Source: Candidatus Limnocylindria bacterium (lineage in GTDB: Bacteria > Chloroflexota > Limnocylindria > P2-11E). From it: 64,000 nt of DNA. The notes beneath the pieces are model-generated. The model saw only the letters and a program-made list of their open reading frames with translations. It did not search any database and had not been told where the DNA came from. This document shows positions 1 through 9,970 of this stretch, piece after piece. Positions within the stretch are counted from its first letter, which is position 1; every line of letters begins with the position of its first letter. The translations under genes were made by a program, and so were the position numbers. Location of the stretch: contig JBBQVQ010000003.1 in assembly GCA_038211425.1 (NCBI GenBank), positions 26,563-90,562 on the forward strand, read 5' to 3'.

Positions 1-1
1 G

Positions 2-532
2 GAAAGCCTGCCCGATTCTGATCCGCGAATCGAGCAACTCGTCCGAAGCACACACGATTTCCGCACATTCAACCCTGGACCGATCCTATCGCGCGAGCTC
101 CTTCGTTTTCGATCCGTCGACCCGAAGCAGGATCTCGACAGCTTTCTGAGCCTGCTGGTCGCCCGCGCTGTCGAGGATGCGGAGCAGCGAGGCGAGAGCG
201 CGCCGGCCACCGGCACGGGAGTGTCCCGGATCGTCGTCGACACGTATGCCGCAGACGGGAAGCTCGTGCAGCAGGCGTTCACGGGTCGCTGGCTCATCGA
301 GGACTTTGAGTGGGTCGATGAGGAGATGGTCGAATGGCGCTGCGGTATCGCCGAGACGAGAGGCGGGCGATACGCGCTGTACCGGTACAAAGGCTCGGCG
401 CGGCGCGACGCCACGGAGGCCCGTCTCACAGTGTACGGGTCGCTCGACGACCTAGAGGCCGAGGAGCGGCCGCCGGAGGACATCATCGCTGCCATCAAGC
501 GCGACCCGATGCTTCTGGAGCTCGACATCTGA
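2..532 (+). CDS. hypothetical protein (5' partial, continues upstream of the window)
   Basis: The track ORF 221..532 stays open in frame back to position 2 with no stop. The translation looks protein-like with consistent GC3 bias. No recognisable domain. Confidence 0.5.
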   Translation, partial: ESLPDSDPRIEQLVRSTHDFRTFNPGPILSRELLRFRSVDPKQDLDSFLSLLVARAVEDAEQRGESAPATGTGVSRIVVDTYAADGKLVQQAFTGRWLIEDFEWVDEEMVEWRCGIAETRGGRYALYRYKGSARRDATEARLTVYGSLDDLEAEERPPEDIIAAIKRDPMLLELDI

Positions 533-689
533 TGCGCGTGCGTTGGCAAGGGATGACCCCGGTCATGTGACACGCCGGGCGCGAGGCTACGGTCGCGCGC
601 ATCGACGCCGGCCAGCCCCTCAGCTGCCGCGGCCCGACTAGCAGCCGTCGCGCGTCGGTCGACGGCTCGGAATCGATTAGCCTCGCCGC

Positions 690-1511
690 GTGGCACACGT
701 CCGGCTGAGAACGGTCGACGCGTTCACCGGGGAGCCATTCACCGGCAATCCCGCGGCCGTCGTTCTGCTCGATAGAACGCCTTCGGACGAATGGATGGCC
801 GCAGTAGCGCGCGAGACGAATCTGACCGACACCGGGTTCGTCATCAGGGAATCATTGCCTGACGCGGACTTCCGCTTGCGTTGGTTCACGCCGACGGTCG
901 AGGTTGACCTCTGTGGTCACGCGACACTCGCCGCTGCGCATTGCCTGTTGGAGGACGGCGTGAGCGGCCCCATCCGGTTCGCCACGCGCAGTGGCGTACT
1001 AACGATCAGCCAGCGTCCGGACGGTTCGCTGGCAATGGACTTCCCGACTTGGGCCGCCACGCAGGTCGACGCCCGGGCCGAAGCGGCTGCGGCGCTCCGT
1101 ACGCCCGTCGAGTGGACGGGCAGGACCGACAACGGCTTCTTTCTTCTGGCGCTTGTCGACTCAGAGCGTCGTGTCAGGGACTTGAGCCCCGATTTCGTCG
1201 CGGTCGGCCAGCTCGATGCGACGGCCGTTATTGTCACTGCCGCCGCCGACCCCGAACAGAGGTACGACTTCGTGTCGCGTCTCTTCGCTCCGAACGCCGG
1301 TGTCGCCGAAGATCCCGTCACCGGCAGTTCGCACACGGTGCTGGGGCCTTTCTGGGCCGACCGATTGCGACGAACATCGCTGCTCGGTCTCCAAGCGTCG
1401 GCGAGATCAGGGCTTGTCGGCGTCGAGCTGAACGGCGATCGGGTCACGATCTTGGGGCGCGCGGTGACGGTCTTCGAGGGCTCGCTGAAACCAGCCGCCA
1501 GTCCCGGCTGA
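690..1511 (+). CDS. PhzF-family phenazine-biosynthesis-like isomerase
   Basis: 273 aa. Typical PhzF/YddE N-terminus (VDAFTGEPFTGNPAAVV) and full length. GTG start. Confidence 0.85.
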   Translation: MAHVRLRTVDAFTGEPFTGNPAAVVLLDRTPSDEWMAAVARETNLTDTGFVIRESLPDADFRLRWFTPTVEVDLCGHATLAAAHCLLEDGVSGPIRFATRSGVLTISQRPDGSLAMDFPTWAATQVDARAEAAAALRTPVEWTGRTDNGFFLLALVDSERRVRDLSPDFVAVGQLDATAVIVTAAADPEQRYDFVSRLFAPNAGVAEDPVTGSSHTVLGPFWADRLRRTSLLGLQASARSGLVGVELNGDRVTILGRAVTVFEGSLKPAASPG

Positions 1512-1840
1512 CGATCGAGCGCATGCCCCCTGCTTCACCACGCGCGTTCTGCATCGCGACGAGCGATGCGAAGCCGGCACAGATCGTCGCGGGAGTCGAC
1601 ACGAGTGCCGCGATCCTCGGCTACGGCGCCGCGGGGCAACGGTCACCACGCCGCCCTCGCAGCACCTCACCGCCGAACGCCAGCCAAGTGCCGATTGCGG
1701 TGGTGTGACTCTTCGCCAGTTCCTCACGTGGCATCGGCGTGGCCTGGGCGACGAGCCATCCCGAGCGTCCGCGGCGGCCTCCACGCTGGGCCGGCAGGTC
1801 TCCATGTCGACGATCGAGATGAGCGCACCCGCGCCGTAGT

Positions 1841-2329
1841 TCACATCGTCTCGATTCGCTCTGAAGCGTGGGGCGTGGGGCAAAGCCGCCGGACCTCTTC
1901 GAGCAACGCCGAGCAGTTAAAGGGCTTCCGGAAGTAACTCTCCGCTTCGACGGCCTCAGCGCAGAGCCGTGCGTCGTGACGGCCGGTGACCACGATCGTG
2001 GGGATGTGTTTCCCCCGAAGGCGCATGGCCGCGGCGAAGTCCCATCCATTCGATCGCGGCAGCTGCATGTTCAGGATCAGCAGCCCCGGTTCCTCGTGAT
2101 CGACCTTCTCGAGGGCCTCGATGCCGTCGCGCGCGGTTACGACCCGGTACCCCTCGTCGCCCAGTAGCACGCGGAGGAGCTCCTGGATCCCTTCCTCGTC
2201 CTCGATCAAGAGGATCGGCGCGGGCGGCGCGGTGCCCCTGAGTTGGACCTGCACGCAACTCCTCTGAACGATCGACCCGGCGCCATGAATCTGTTGCCGA
2301 CCACTCGCCTGTGCCTTTGTCGCATGCAT
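1841..2329 (-). CDS. stand-alone response regulator receiver domain (CheY-like)
   Basis: Receiver signatures (ILLIEDEEGIQELL...LILNMQLP...IVVTGRHD). No output domain. The true start is probably internal, near 2215-2260, because the first ~35 aa are not receiver-like. Lies immediately downstream of the cyclase on the same strand. Confidence 0.7.
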   Translation of the reverse strand: MHATKAQASGRQQIHGAGSIVQRSCVQVQLRGTAPPAPILLIEDEEGIQELLRVLLGDEGYRVVTARDGIEALEKVDHEEPGLLILNMQLPRSNGWDFAAAMRLRGKHIPTIVVTGRHDARLCAEAVEAESYFRKPFNCSALLEEVRRLCPTPHASERIETM

Positions 2330-2335
2330 GCGCGG

Positions 2336-3255
2336 TCATGTCAAAACGAAATGCCAGGCGATCGGCGTCTCGAATGAAAAGAGGACGAACGTGCGGCAGC
2401 ACGGGAAAAGGGGATGCCGCCGCCGCCGTACCGTTGCGACTGCTCGCCGTACAGCACCACCTACACCACTTGCCGGAGCGAGGTGAAGTTGCCTTTTCCG
2501 GCGAAGAGGATGAGCCGCCAAACCTCCGATCGATGCGAGCTGCTGTGCTCGTCCAACGAGTGGCGAGCGAGAGGTGAGGCGCCGGGATGCTCCAGGGCGC
2601 GCGCGTACGGCGATCCAGACCGGTACCGGCTCGGCCTTGCCTTTGGCCCGGATCGCCTCGGTCTCGTCGTACTCGATGGCGTGCGAGGTGGCCCGGTACG
2701 TGGAGGCTCCGACGAGGATGCCGTTCACTGGCGCATTCGCCTGCAGGCGCGCGGCAGTGTTCACCACGTCCCCGGCCGCCATGCCTTCCCCTTCGATCGG
2801 GTGCGCGCTCAGAACCACGAGGGCCTCGCCGGTGTTCACCCGATACGCAGGTTGAGGTCGAGCTTGGAATCGGCCGCATTCATCTCGGCGATGGCGTCGC
2901 GGATGGCAAGCGCGGCTCGGACCGCGCGCTCCGGGTCGTCCTCGTGCGCGAGCGGTGCGCCGAAGACCGCCATCACCGCGTCGCCGATGAACTTCTCGAC
3001 CGTACCGCCGAAGCGTTCAAGCTCGGTCCTGAGGCGAAGGTAGTAGGGGGAAAGCATCGAGCGGACGTCCTCGGGATCCATCTGCTCGGATCGCGTGGTG
3101 AAGCCCACGAGATCCGCGAGCAGTACCGTGACTACCTTCCGTTCTTCCTCGGGCCGGCTCGCTGGGCGCGCGGCAAGCTGAGTCCCGCAGGAGAGGCAGA
3201 ACCGCGCAGGCTCCGGGTTCTGCTGCCCGCATCGTTCGCATGTCCTGTCCGCCAC
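2336..3255 (-). CDS. adenylate/guanylate cyclase (N-terminal zinc ribbon + class III cyclase domain), apparently interrupted by a -1 frameshift at ~2836-2839
   Basis: Track ORF 2836..3255 (CxxC...CxxC zinc ribbon, then VVTVLLADLVGFT...FIGDAVMAVFG...LNLRIG) is continued in another frame by ORF 2336..2839 (VNTGEALVV...GDVVNTAARL), which is the rest of the same cyclase domain. The junction reads CGT ATC GGG TGA ACA; one extra G in the G-run would restore ...RIGVNTGEA... Confidence 0.7.
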
Positions 3256-3368
3256 GCCGTTGACGATAGCGTTGGGAGGGTCCCGAACGGGGCTTCGGAA
3301 TCGCGACGGCTGCCGCCGATCCGTGAGCCGTCCGGCTATCGGGTCGCGCGCTCGCGTACGCTCGTTCG

Positions 3369-4304
3369 GTGGATCCCGCTAGATTCGACGTAGAGCCACG
3401 CGGGGAGTTCAACTTCGCCGCGGCGAAGGAGTACTTCGGCGGCTGGCCGGAGTTCGCGCCCGATCCGGGTGCGATCGCGATGTGCTTTCCGGTCGAAGGA
3501 TGGACGGGGCCGGCCGCGGTGCTGGTACGCCAGCGGCCGGATGGGGTGCTGGCCGGCGAGGTGCACGCGAGCGAGCCGCGACGCGCCTGGTCCCAGGCCC
3601 TGGCCGTGCTCTCACTCGACTTCGACGGCACAGGCTTCTCCGACGTCGGTCGCCGCGATCCGGCGATCGGCCGCCTTCAGTCGCTCTATCCCGGCGTGCG
3701 TCCGGTGCTCTTCCACTCCCCCTATGAAGCCGCGTGCAGCTTCGTGATCGGCCAGCGGATCTCGATCGCGCAGACGCGTGCGATCCGCGCCCGCGTGGCG
3801 CGCGAATCGGGCGCACCCGTGCGCATCGGCGACGCGACGCTTCATGCGTTCCCCGCTCCGAACGAGATGCTGAACCTCGACCGCGTCCAGGGCGTGAGTG
3901 CGGAAAAGGTCGACCGTCTCCACGGTGTCGCCCGCGCGGCGCTCGACGGGTCGCTCGACCGGGAGCATCTGCGCGCGATGCCGGTCGAAGACGCCCTGCG
4001 GGAGCTCGAACGGATCCGCGGTGTCGGCCCCTTCTCTGCCCAGGGCATCGTCATGCGAGGCGCGGGCGCCCTCGACGAGGTGACGGACGACCCGGTGACA
4101 CCGCAGGCGGTGCGGGCGCTCCTCGGTCTGAGGGAGCCGCCGACACGCGAGGCGGTACTGAAGGTGGCGGAGCCCTGGCGCCCGTTCCGGATGTGGACCC
4201 TCGTGCTCCTGCACCTTTGGTTCCGGCGCGACGCCGGCGGTCCCCGGCGGCGCCCGGCGCATTTCCATCACGGACCGCTGGCGAACTCCGGTCCCGCATC
4301 ATGA
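3369..4304 (+). CDS. alkA: DNA-3-methyladenine glycosylase II family (AlkA N-terminal domain + HhH-GPD)
   Basis: 311 aa. HhH-GPD region (LRAMPVEDALRELERIRGVGPFSAQGIVMRGAG) with an AlkA-type N-terminal domain. Confidence 0.8.
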   Translation: MDPARFDVEPRGEFNFAAAKEYFGGWPEFAPDPGAIAMCFPVEGWTGPAAVLVRQRPDGVLAGEVHASEPRRAWSQALAVLSLDFDGTGFSDVGRRDPAIGRLQSLYPGVRPVLFHSPYEAACSFVIGQRISIAQTRAIRARVARESGAPVRIGDATLHAFPAPNEMLNLDRVQGVSAEKVDRLHGVARAALDGSLDREHLRAMPVEDALRELERIRGVGPFSAQGIVMRGAGALDEVTDDPVTPQAVRALLGLREPPTREAVLKVAEPWRPFRMWTLVLLHLWFRRDAGGPRRRPAHFHHGPLANSGPAS

Positions 4305-4316
4305 AGGCGTGACCTG

Positions 4317-5180
4317 GTGATGGCGAGCGTGACGCGACTGGCCGAGCGGCTTCTTGCGACCCGCGCCGGGCGCCTGGTCATCGCGTATGCGGAGAGTGGC
4401 GCGCCGAACTACGCGGCCGGTGTCGCCTTCAACGCATTCTTCACCATGTTTCCGCTCATCCTTGGACTCCTGGCAATCCTGGGCCTCGTCGTCCGCAGCA
4501 ACGAGATCGAGACGCAGGTGCGCATCACCATCGTCTCCGTATTCCCGATCGCGGACCATCAGTCTCTGGAGGCAGCGCTCGAAGGCGTGAAGGACAACGC
4601 CGGTTGGTTCGCCGCAGTCTCCATCGCAGGCCTCATCTGGAGCGGAACGAGCCTTTTCTGCTCGATGGAGTTCGCCCTCGACGAGATCTATGGGTGCCGC
4701 GGGCGCGACCCGATCCGGCAACGGCTCATGGGCCTGCAGATGCTTGGGATCTTCGTGCTCGCGATCGTCGTCGCCATCGCGGCCAACTCAGCCATCGCGT
4801 TCATCCCGGACATCCCGCACCTCGGCGTGCTCGTTGGAGCCGCGGTGCTCGTCGGGTTGATGCTCGCGATCTACAGGGTCGTGCCCAATCGCAACGTCAG
4901 TTTTTCCGAGGAGTGGCGAGGCGCGGTGCTCGCCGGGATCTCCATCGAGCTGGTGACGCTGCTCTTTCCGCTCTACTCGGAGATCACGCGGAGCTTCAGT
5001 ACCTATGGCCGTGGTTTCGCTCTCATGTTCCTGTTGGCGACCTGGCTCTACCTGCTCAGCCAGCTGCTGTTGATCGGCGCGGTGTTCAACCGGATGCTGG
5101 TCGGTGGAGTCCCGGAGCTGGAGCACATGGCCGCTATCGCAGGGGCGAAGGACTCACTTCGCCGTCGGATGGAGGCGTAG
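4317..5180 (+). CDS. YihY/BrkB-family (ribonuclease BN-like) integral membrane protein
   Basis: 287 aa with multiple TM segments and the family's N-terminal motif (AAGVAFNAFFTMFPLILGL). Confidence 0.8.
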   Translation: MMASVTRLAERLLATRAGRLVIAYAESGAPNYAAGVAFNAFFTMFPLILGLLAILGLVVRSNEIETQVRITIVSVFPIADHQSLEAALEGVKDNAGWFAAVSIAGLIWSGTSLFCSMEFALDEIYGCRGRDPIRQRLMGLQMLGIFVLAIVVAIAANSAIAFIPDIPHLGVLVGAAVLVGLMLAIYRVVPNRNVSFSEEWRGAVLAGISIELVTLLFPLYSEITRSFSTYGRGFALMFLLATWLYLLSQLLLIGAVFNRMLVGGVPELEHMAAIAGAKDSLRRRMEA

Positions 5181-5227
5181 CCGCCCCTCTCGGGACCTCG
5201 CTACGCCATCTTCTCCACGTAGGGCGC

Positions 5228-5632
5228 TCACCACTCCGGTGCCTCGAACGGCGGGGCGAAGTACGTCGTGGCCTTTCTCACCTTGCCGTCTCGCAGCTCG
5301 AGGATCACCACGACCTTGTAGAAGCTGCCATCGGGATAACTTCCGTCGGCCTCGACGGTGTAGGCATCGCCGGTGCCCGTAATGCGCAGGGGAGCGAATG
5401 TCGGCGTGAGGACCCACTTGTCCTCCTCACCGACGATGCGGCGGGTTCGGGACTCGACGCCGACGTACCGCTCGTGCGCCGCCCGGAACTTCGCGTGCCC
5501 GCGGAACCTCTCGCCCGACTGCGGGAACTCCTGCACGAAGTCGGGATGATGCAGCGCCTCCAGCGCCGCGAAATCCGTCGGTATGGCGCGCATGTACCGC
5601 TCGACGATCTCCCGGTTCCCGCCAGTTGTCAT
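5228..5632 (-). CDS. SnoaL-like / NTF2-fold protein
   Basis: The track ORF runs 5228..5686. The plausible start is the internal ATG (MTTGGNREIVERYMRA...) at about 5632. NTF2-like fold pattern (EIVERYMRA...FVQEFPQSGERFRG). Confidence 0.6.
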   Translation of the reverse strand: MTTGGNREIVERYMRAIPTDFAALEALHHPDFVQEFPQSGERFRGHAKFRAAHERYVGVESRTRRIVGEEDKWVLTPTFAPLRITGTGDAYTVEADGSYPDGSFYKVVVILELRDGKVRKATTYFAPPFEAPEW

Positions 5633-5812
5633 ACGTCCCTTCCCTTCGCCGGCGCCCTCGGGCGCCAGCCCGCTGAGGCCCCGCACCCAGTGGATGCCAG
5701 CCGGGATGCCAGCATGGTGGATAAGTCGCGTCCAAGCCTACTGACAGCCCTCCCGGGGACGCCTACTCTGCCACTAGCCAGGCGATCAGCCGCGGACAGG
5801 GGAGCGGGCGAA

Positions 5813-6124
5813 ATGGCAACGCCGATCGACTACGTGTGCGTTCGCGCTGAGCACAACCGCATGCTGTTCCCGGCCCGCGCCGTGTACGTCGTGCACGAGG
5901 GCCGTTGGGCGTACTGCCCCGCGGGAGCGACCGGCGCGCACGAGTGGATCTCCGCCGGGGGAGCGAACCTCCAGGCGCTGAACAGGGTCGGAGTGAGGGT
6001 CCCGGTCGCACATGGACCGATGGAGCGTGGCACCTCCGGCCTCGCGGAGCGCCGCGAGAGCCGCAAGGGCGAACGCCCCGCAAGACCGCCGCCGATTCCG
6101 GCAGACGTGATCAGATCGGACTGA
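5813..6124 (+). CDS. hypothetical small protein (103 aa)
   Basis: Last ATG-initiated segment of track ORF 4604..6124. Strong GC3 bias. Preceded by a GGGGAGCGGG purine stretch. The opposite-strand ORFs here are Arg/Gly-rich shadow ORFs. Confidence 0.45.
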   Translation: MATPIDYVCVRAEHNRMLFPARAVYVVHEGRWAYCPAGATGAHEWISAGGANLQALNRVGVRVPVAHGPMERGTSGLAERRESRKGERPARPPPIPADVIRSD

Positions 6125-6247
6125 ATCCAGCCCTCGCCTGCTCGTAATGCCCGAGCACCGGCGACCGCTCCCTACTCTCTCACTCCATGCACGTCCTGGT
6201 GCATAGACTTCCCGCGCTTCGCGTGGCGTTGCGTTGAGGGAGTGCGG

Positions 6248-6571
6248 ATGGAAGTCAACTGGGGCGCGGTCAATCGCGCGATCGAGGAGCTGAGCTGTCC
6301 GGACTGCGCGGCGCCCTTCGGGCCAAGCGCCGTCGAGAAGCGCGCGCTGCATGAGGATCGCGTGGTCGTCACCTTGGCGTGCGAGAAATGCCGAACGCTT
6401 TGCCTCGCCGTTCTCGAGCCGAGGCGTCCCGCGGAAAGGCCCTTCGACGCCGACGATGTGCTCAATGCGCATGAGTTCCTCGAGAGCAGCCGACACCCCC
6501 TCGACAAGCTCTTGCGCCCGAGGCGGGCGACCGCGGCCGCGCGCGCGCGGCGGAGGACCACGCAGGCGTAG
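6248..6571 (+). CDS. hypothetical zinc-ribbon protein (two CxxC pairs)
   Basis: GAGGGAG Shine-Dalgarno site 5 nt before ATG 6248. Contains CPDC...CEKC. Good GC3 bias. Confidence 0.55.
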   Translation: MEVNWGAVNRAIEELSCPDCAAPFGPSAVEKRALHEDRVVVTLACEKCRTLCLAVLEPRRPAERPFDADDVLNAHEFLESSRHPLDKLLRPRRATAAARARRRTTQA

Positions 6572-6713
6572 CGACCGTCGACCGAGGGATCCTTCGCTCC
6601 CCGATCCGCTCGCACCGCACGACCGACGCCGGCCGCGGGAACCTCCAGCCCGCGCGGTTGTATGACCAGCGGGTGGCGCAAGGGGCCGAGCAGCCACACC
6701 TCATGGAGGAGAC

Positions 6714-7238
6714 ATGGCACGCCGCGCCAGCATCGCAGTGGTCGCAGCACTCGCCCTGCTCGCTTTCGCGCTCCCCGCGGCCGCGAAGGAGCGAGCAATC
6801 ACCACGTTCGACTCTCTGCCGGGCCAGTTCGTCGCGGGGACCAGCTACAGCCTGGGCTACACCATCCGCATGGACGGCGTCGAGCCCCTCAATGTCGAGC
6901 GCACCGAGATCGTCGCCCGCTCGCTCGGTGGGACCGCGTACAACTTCGTCGGTACCCCCGATGGAGCTCCGGGCCACTACGTCGCAACGGTCACGTTCCC
7001 CGAGGCCGGCACGTACCAGTGGTCGGTGACCCAGGGCTCGTTCTTCGCCCCGATGCAGCTGCCGGCCGTTTCCGTCCAGGCGGCCGCCCCCGTGGCCGCA
7101 TCGAGCGCCGCGGCGGCCGGTCCGGCGGCGGATCCCCTGAAGACGGCGCTGCCGCTAGCACTCGCCGCCGCGGCCGCGCTGATCGCGTTGCGGCTAATGA
7201 CACGACGACGCGGGCTTCCCGCCCCCCGCACCGCATGA
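6714..7238 (+). CDS. hypothetical exported protein with signal peptide and C-terminal TM anchor
   Basis: N-terminal signal peptide (MARRASIAVVAALALLAFALPAAAKE), an Ala-rich linker and a C-terminal hydrophobic helix followed by RRRG. Confidence 0.65.
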   Translation: MARRASIAVVAALALLAFALPAAAKERAITTFDSLPGQFVAGTSYSLGYTIRMDGVEPLNVERTEIVARSLGGTAYNFVGTPDGAPGHYVATVTFPEAGTYQWSVTQGSFFAPMQLPAVSVQAAAPVAASSAAAAGPAADPLKTALPLALAAAAALIALRLMTRRRGLPAPRTA

Positions 7239-7410
7239 TCTAGCGATCCCTTCAGGATCCGGCCAGGCCTCGCGGCATCGCTGCCGCGAGGCCTGGCGTC
7301 GCACGGCCCAGCTCGCGTCGTTGATGGTGGTATGCCTTCGCCGCGTCACCGTTCTTGTGCTCGCGCTGACGACGTATTCCCGCGACATTTGTGTGGGCCC
7401 CCACAGGCGA

Positions 7411-9846
7411 TCACTCCCAGGCGGCGGTCCTCGTCCCCTGGGCGTCGCGCCAGTACGGCGCCCACGCGAGCGCGACCAGCTGTACATCGATATCCGACTT
7501 CTTCGGCCGGATGCCGACCGATCCGATCCCGGAGACCTTCTGCTCGACCTCGCCGTTGAGCGCGTCGAGCTCGGCCTGCGCTGCCACGAGGTCCTCCTTC
7601 GCGCGACCGACGTCCTGGCGCTGGTCGAGCGCCCTGCCCACTCCGCGCGCCGCGGTCGTCGCGCGGCCGATCCCCGTCGCGCCCAGGCCCTTGCGGCCCA
7701 TCAGCGCCCCCAGAACGGTGGCGCCCACCGAGATCGCGGTCTGCATCTGCGCGGCGCGCTCCTGACCCGACTCGCGCTCGACGACTTGCCCGGCGTTCCG
7801 GATGCGCTCCTCGAGCCGATGCACCTGCGGCGCGTACGTCGCACGAATGCCCTGGACCGCCCGGTCCCGCTGCTCGCGGCCGGCCTGTTCGAGGTCCAGC
7901 GTGGCGTTGCGGAACAGCCAGGCGGCCAGGCTCTTCCTGAAGTCCGCATAACCCTTCGCGGTGGCCGCCGCGGCGGGAAGAGGCAGGAACACCGCGCCAT
8001 CCTCCGGATCCTTCTCCAGCTCGGAGACCGCGAGCTCCGTCCGTTTCCCGGTATCCCACGCGACGCCGACCGGATCGCCGGTCACCGGGGCGAGGTACGC
8101 CAGCGTCTCGGTGGCATCGATGCCGGTCTTGGCCTGCGCGAAGCGGACCGTCGCGACACCGAGCAGCATCGGGGCATAGACCAGCGTGGAGCCGCTCGGG
8201 CCGCCGCGGGATGGTATGAACCACTGGGGGATCGCAGGGGGCAGGAGCGGCCTCCCGGAATCGCCCGAGCCGGGCGCCGCGGGCGACGGCGGAAGGGGCG
8301 CCGGCCCGGAAGGAGTGACCGCTGGAGCGGCCGGCGACGCGCCACCGGTCTCGGGCCTGCGGCCCTGCATGAGCACCTTGATCTGGTCGCGTGTCAGCGG
8401 TCCACGGAGATAGGACATCGCCCATCGCGACTCGAACACCTCCGGGGCGTCCTCGTGCACGTTGTTCATCAGGAAGATCCGGTTCCCCAGGCCCGCGAGT
8501 ATCTCGCTGGTCTTCTGCCGGTCGAAATTGGCGTTGGCCGTCGCGGCCGCTCCCTCCAGGCCCTCCAGGACCCGGAGCTTGTCGCGCTCCGTCTGGAGCC
8601 GGCCAAGGAACCAGGTGCCGGTGTTCGCCAAACCCTTGTAGTCGAGGTCGACCGGGTTCTGCGTGGCCAGCACGATGCCGAGGCCGAAAGCGCGGGCCTG
8701 TTTCAGCAGCGTGAGCAGCGGCCGTTTCGAGGGGGGATCCGCGACGGGCGGGAAATACCCGAAGATCTCGTCCATGTACAGGACGGCGCGCAGGCTCGTC
8801 GTTCCCGATTGCGCGCGCGTCCAACTCAGGACCTGGTTGAGCAGCAGCGATACGAAGAACATCCTCTCCGCGTCACTCAGGTGCGCGATCGAGAAGATCG
8901 CCACGCGCGGCTTTCCCTCGGGGGTGCGGAGCACCGATCCGACGTCGAGCGGCTGCCCCTGCAGCCATGTACTGAACCCCGGCGCCGCGAGGAGGTTGTT
9001 CATCGCCATCGCGAGGGAGAACCGCTCCTTCGCGGGGTAGAACGACTCGATGTCGAGGACGCCGACCCGCGCGATCGGCGGCGACTGGATCTGCTGTATG
9101 AGCGTGGCGAGGTCGAGGCTCGCCCCGGAGGCCCACGCGGCCGAGAACAGGCTCGAGATCAGGATGTGCTCCCGGCTCTTCACCGGGTCCGCGTCGATGC
9201 CGAGCAGCCCCAGCAGGCTCGTCGCCGTCGTCGCGACGCGCTCCTGAAGAAGCTCCGGGTCGTCCCGGATGGCCTGCGCCGGGGCCGCGAATGAGGCCAG
9301 GATGGACACCGGTATGCCTGCGGTCGAGCCGGGCGTGTAGATCGCGAAGTCCGCCGCATCGCGCAGCCTCCGGATGCGGTCCCCGTCCTCACCCCAGCTC
9401 GCCAGCCCCTTCTTCCACGTCTCGGCCTGGTCCGCGGCGTACTGGTCGACCGACAGGTTCCTGCGCTTCGCATCCTCCTCGTTCACCCAAGGCTTGAAGT
9501 CGCCCGACCCGAGGTCCGGGAAGGTCAGCAGCAGGTTGGTGAGGTCACCCTTCGGGTCGATGGCGATGGTCGGCACGCCGTCCATCGCCGCCTCCTCGAT
9601 GAGGGCGATGCAAAGTCCCGTCTTGCCGCTGCCGGTCATGCCGACGCATACGGCGTGCGTGACCAGGTCCTGGGAGTCGTAAAGGAGAACGCCGGGCTTG
9701 GGTGTCTTCGCCTGGAGGTCGTAGGGGCGCCCGAGATAGAAGGCGCCGAGCTTCTCGTAGTCGGTCGTCCGCGGCGTCTCCCATGTCGCGGGAGCGTGAA
9801 TGCTCCGCGCGGTGGGATCGGCGGGGTTCGCTCGCCGGCTCGCCAT
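7411..9846 (-). CDS. HerA/FtsK-superfamily P-loop ATPase (DUF87-like) with extra C-terminal coiled-coil domain
   Basis: Walker A in HerA-like context (LLYDSQDLVTHAVCVGMTGSGKTG), Walker B (LYMDEIF) and a downstream ATQ motif (GIVLATQNPVDLD). A Gly/Pro-rich linker precedes a ~260-aa C-terminal domain. The track starts at TTG 9888; the ATG at ~9846 with a GAGAGG Shine-Dalgarno site is preferred. Confidence 0.75.
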   Translation of the reverse strand: MASRRANPADPTARSIHAPATWETPRTTDYEKLGAFYLGRPYDLQAKTPKPGVLLYDSQDLVTHAVCVGMTGSGKTGLCIALIEEAAMDGVPTIAIDPKGDLTNLLLTFPDLGSGDFKPWVNEEDAKRRNLSVDQYAADQAETWKKGLASWGEDGDRIRRLRDAADFAIYTPGSTAGIPVSILASFAAPAQAIRDDPELLQERVATTATSLLGLLGIDADPVKSREHILISSLFSAAWASGASLDLATLIQQIQSPPIARVGVLDIESFYPAKERFSLAMAMNNLLAAPGFSTWLQGQPLDVGSVLRTPEGKPRVAIFSIAHLSDAERMFFVSLLLNQVLSWTRAQSGTTSLRAVLYMDEIFGYFPPVADPPSKRPLLTLLKQARAFGLGIVLATQNPVDLDYKGLANTGTWFLGRLQTERDKLRVLEGLEGAAATANANFDRQKTSEILAGLGNRIFLMNNVHEDAPEVFESRWAMSYLRGPLTRDQIKVLMQGRRPETGGASPAAPAVTPSGPAPLPPSPAAPGSGDSGRPLLPPAIPQWFIPSRGGPSGSTLVYAPMLLGVATVRFAQAKTGIDATETLAYLAPVTGDPVGVAWDTGKRTELAVSELEKDPEDGAVFLPLPAAAATAKGYADFRKSLAAWLFRNATLDLEQAGREQRDRAVQGIRATYAPQVHRLEERIRNAGQVVERESGQERAAQMQTAISVGATVLGALMGRKGLGATGIGRATTAARGVGRALDQRQDVGRAKEDLVAAQAELDALNGEVEQKVSGIGSVGIRPKKSDIDVQLVALAWAPYWRDAQGTRTAAWE

Positions 9847-9970
9847 GGAAGCACCTCTCTTTTGGATCTCTTCGTTGCGGTGGGACAATCATGGCCTGCT
9901 CGGTTCTTCGACGTCTCCCGGCGTTGCGCCCGGCAAGCGCGGGACCGCCCGAAGCAGGCAAACTTGGGGC

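Noticed and set aside
1512-1840. A ~330-bp apparently non-coding gap, with overlapping ORFs 1407..1883 and 1566..1937.
   Set aside because: Both ORFs are Arg-rich with poor coding character, and no RNA motif could be recognised by eye. The gap was left unannotated.
4604-6124. A 506-aa plus-strand ORF spanning the BrkB 3' end, the SnoaL gene and beyond.
   Set aside because: It overlaps two well-supported genes and is Arg-rich with low complexity. Only its last ~100 aa (5813..6124) look like a real small gene.
7321-9294. Long plus-strand ORFs (657 aa, and others at 7346..8824 and 8391..8714) opposite the HerA-like ATPase gene.
   Set aside because: They are Arg/Gly/Pro-rich with no domain signatures. 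These are typical antisense shadow ORFs of high-GC DNA; the minus-strand ATPase has clear motifs.
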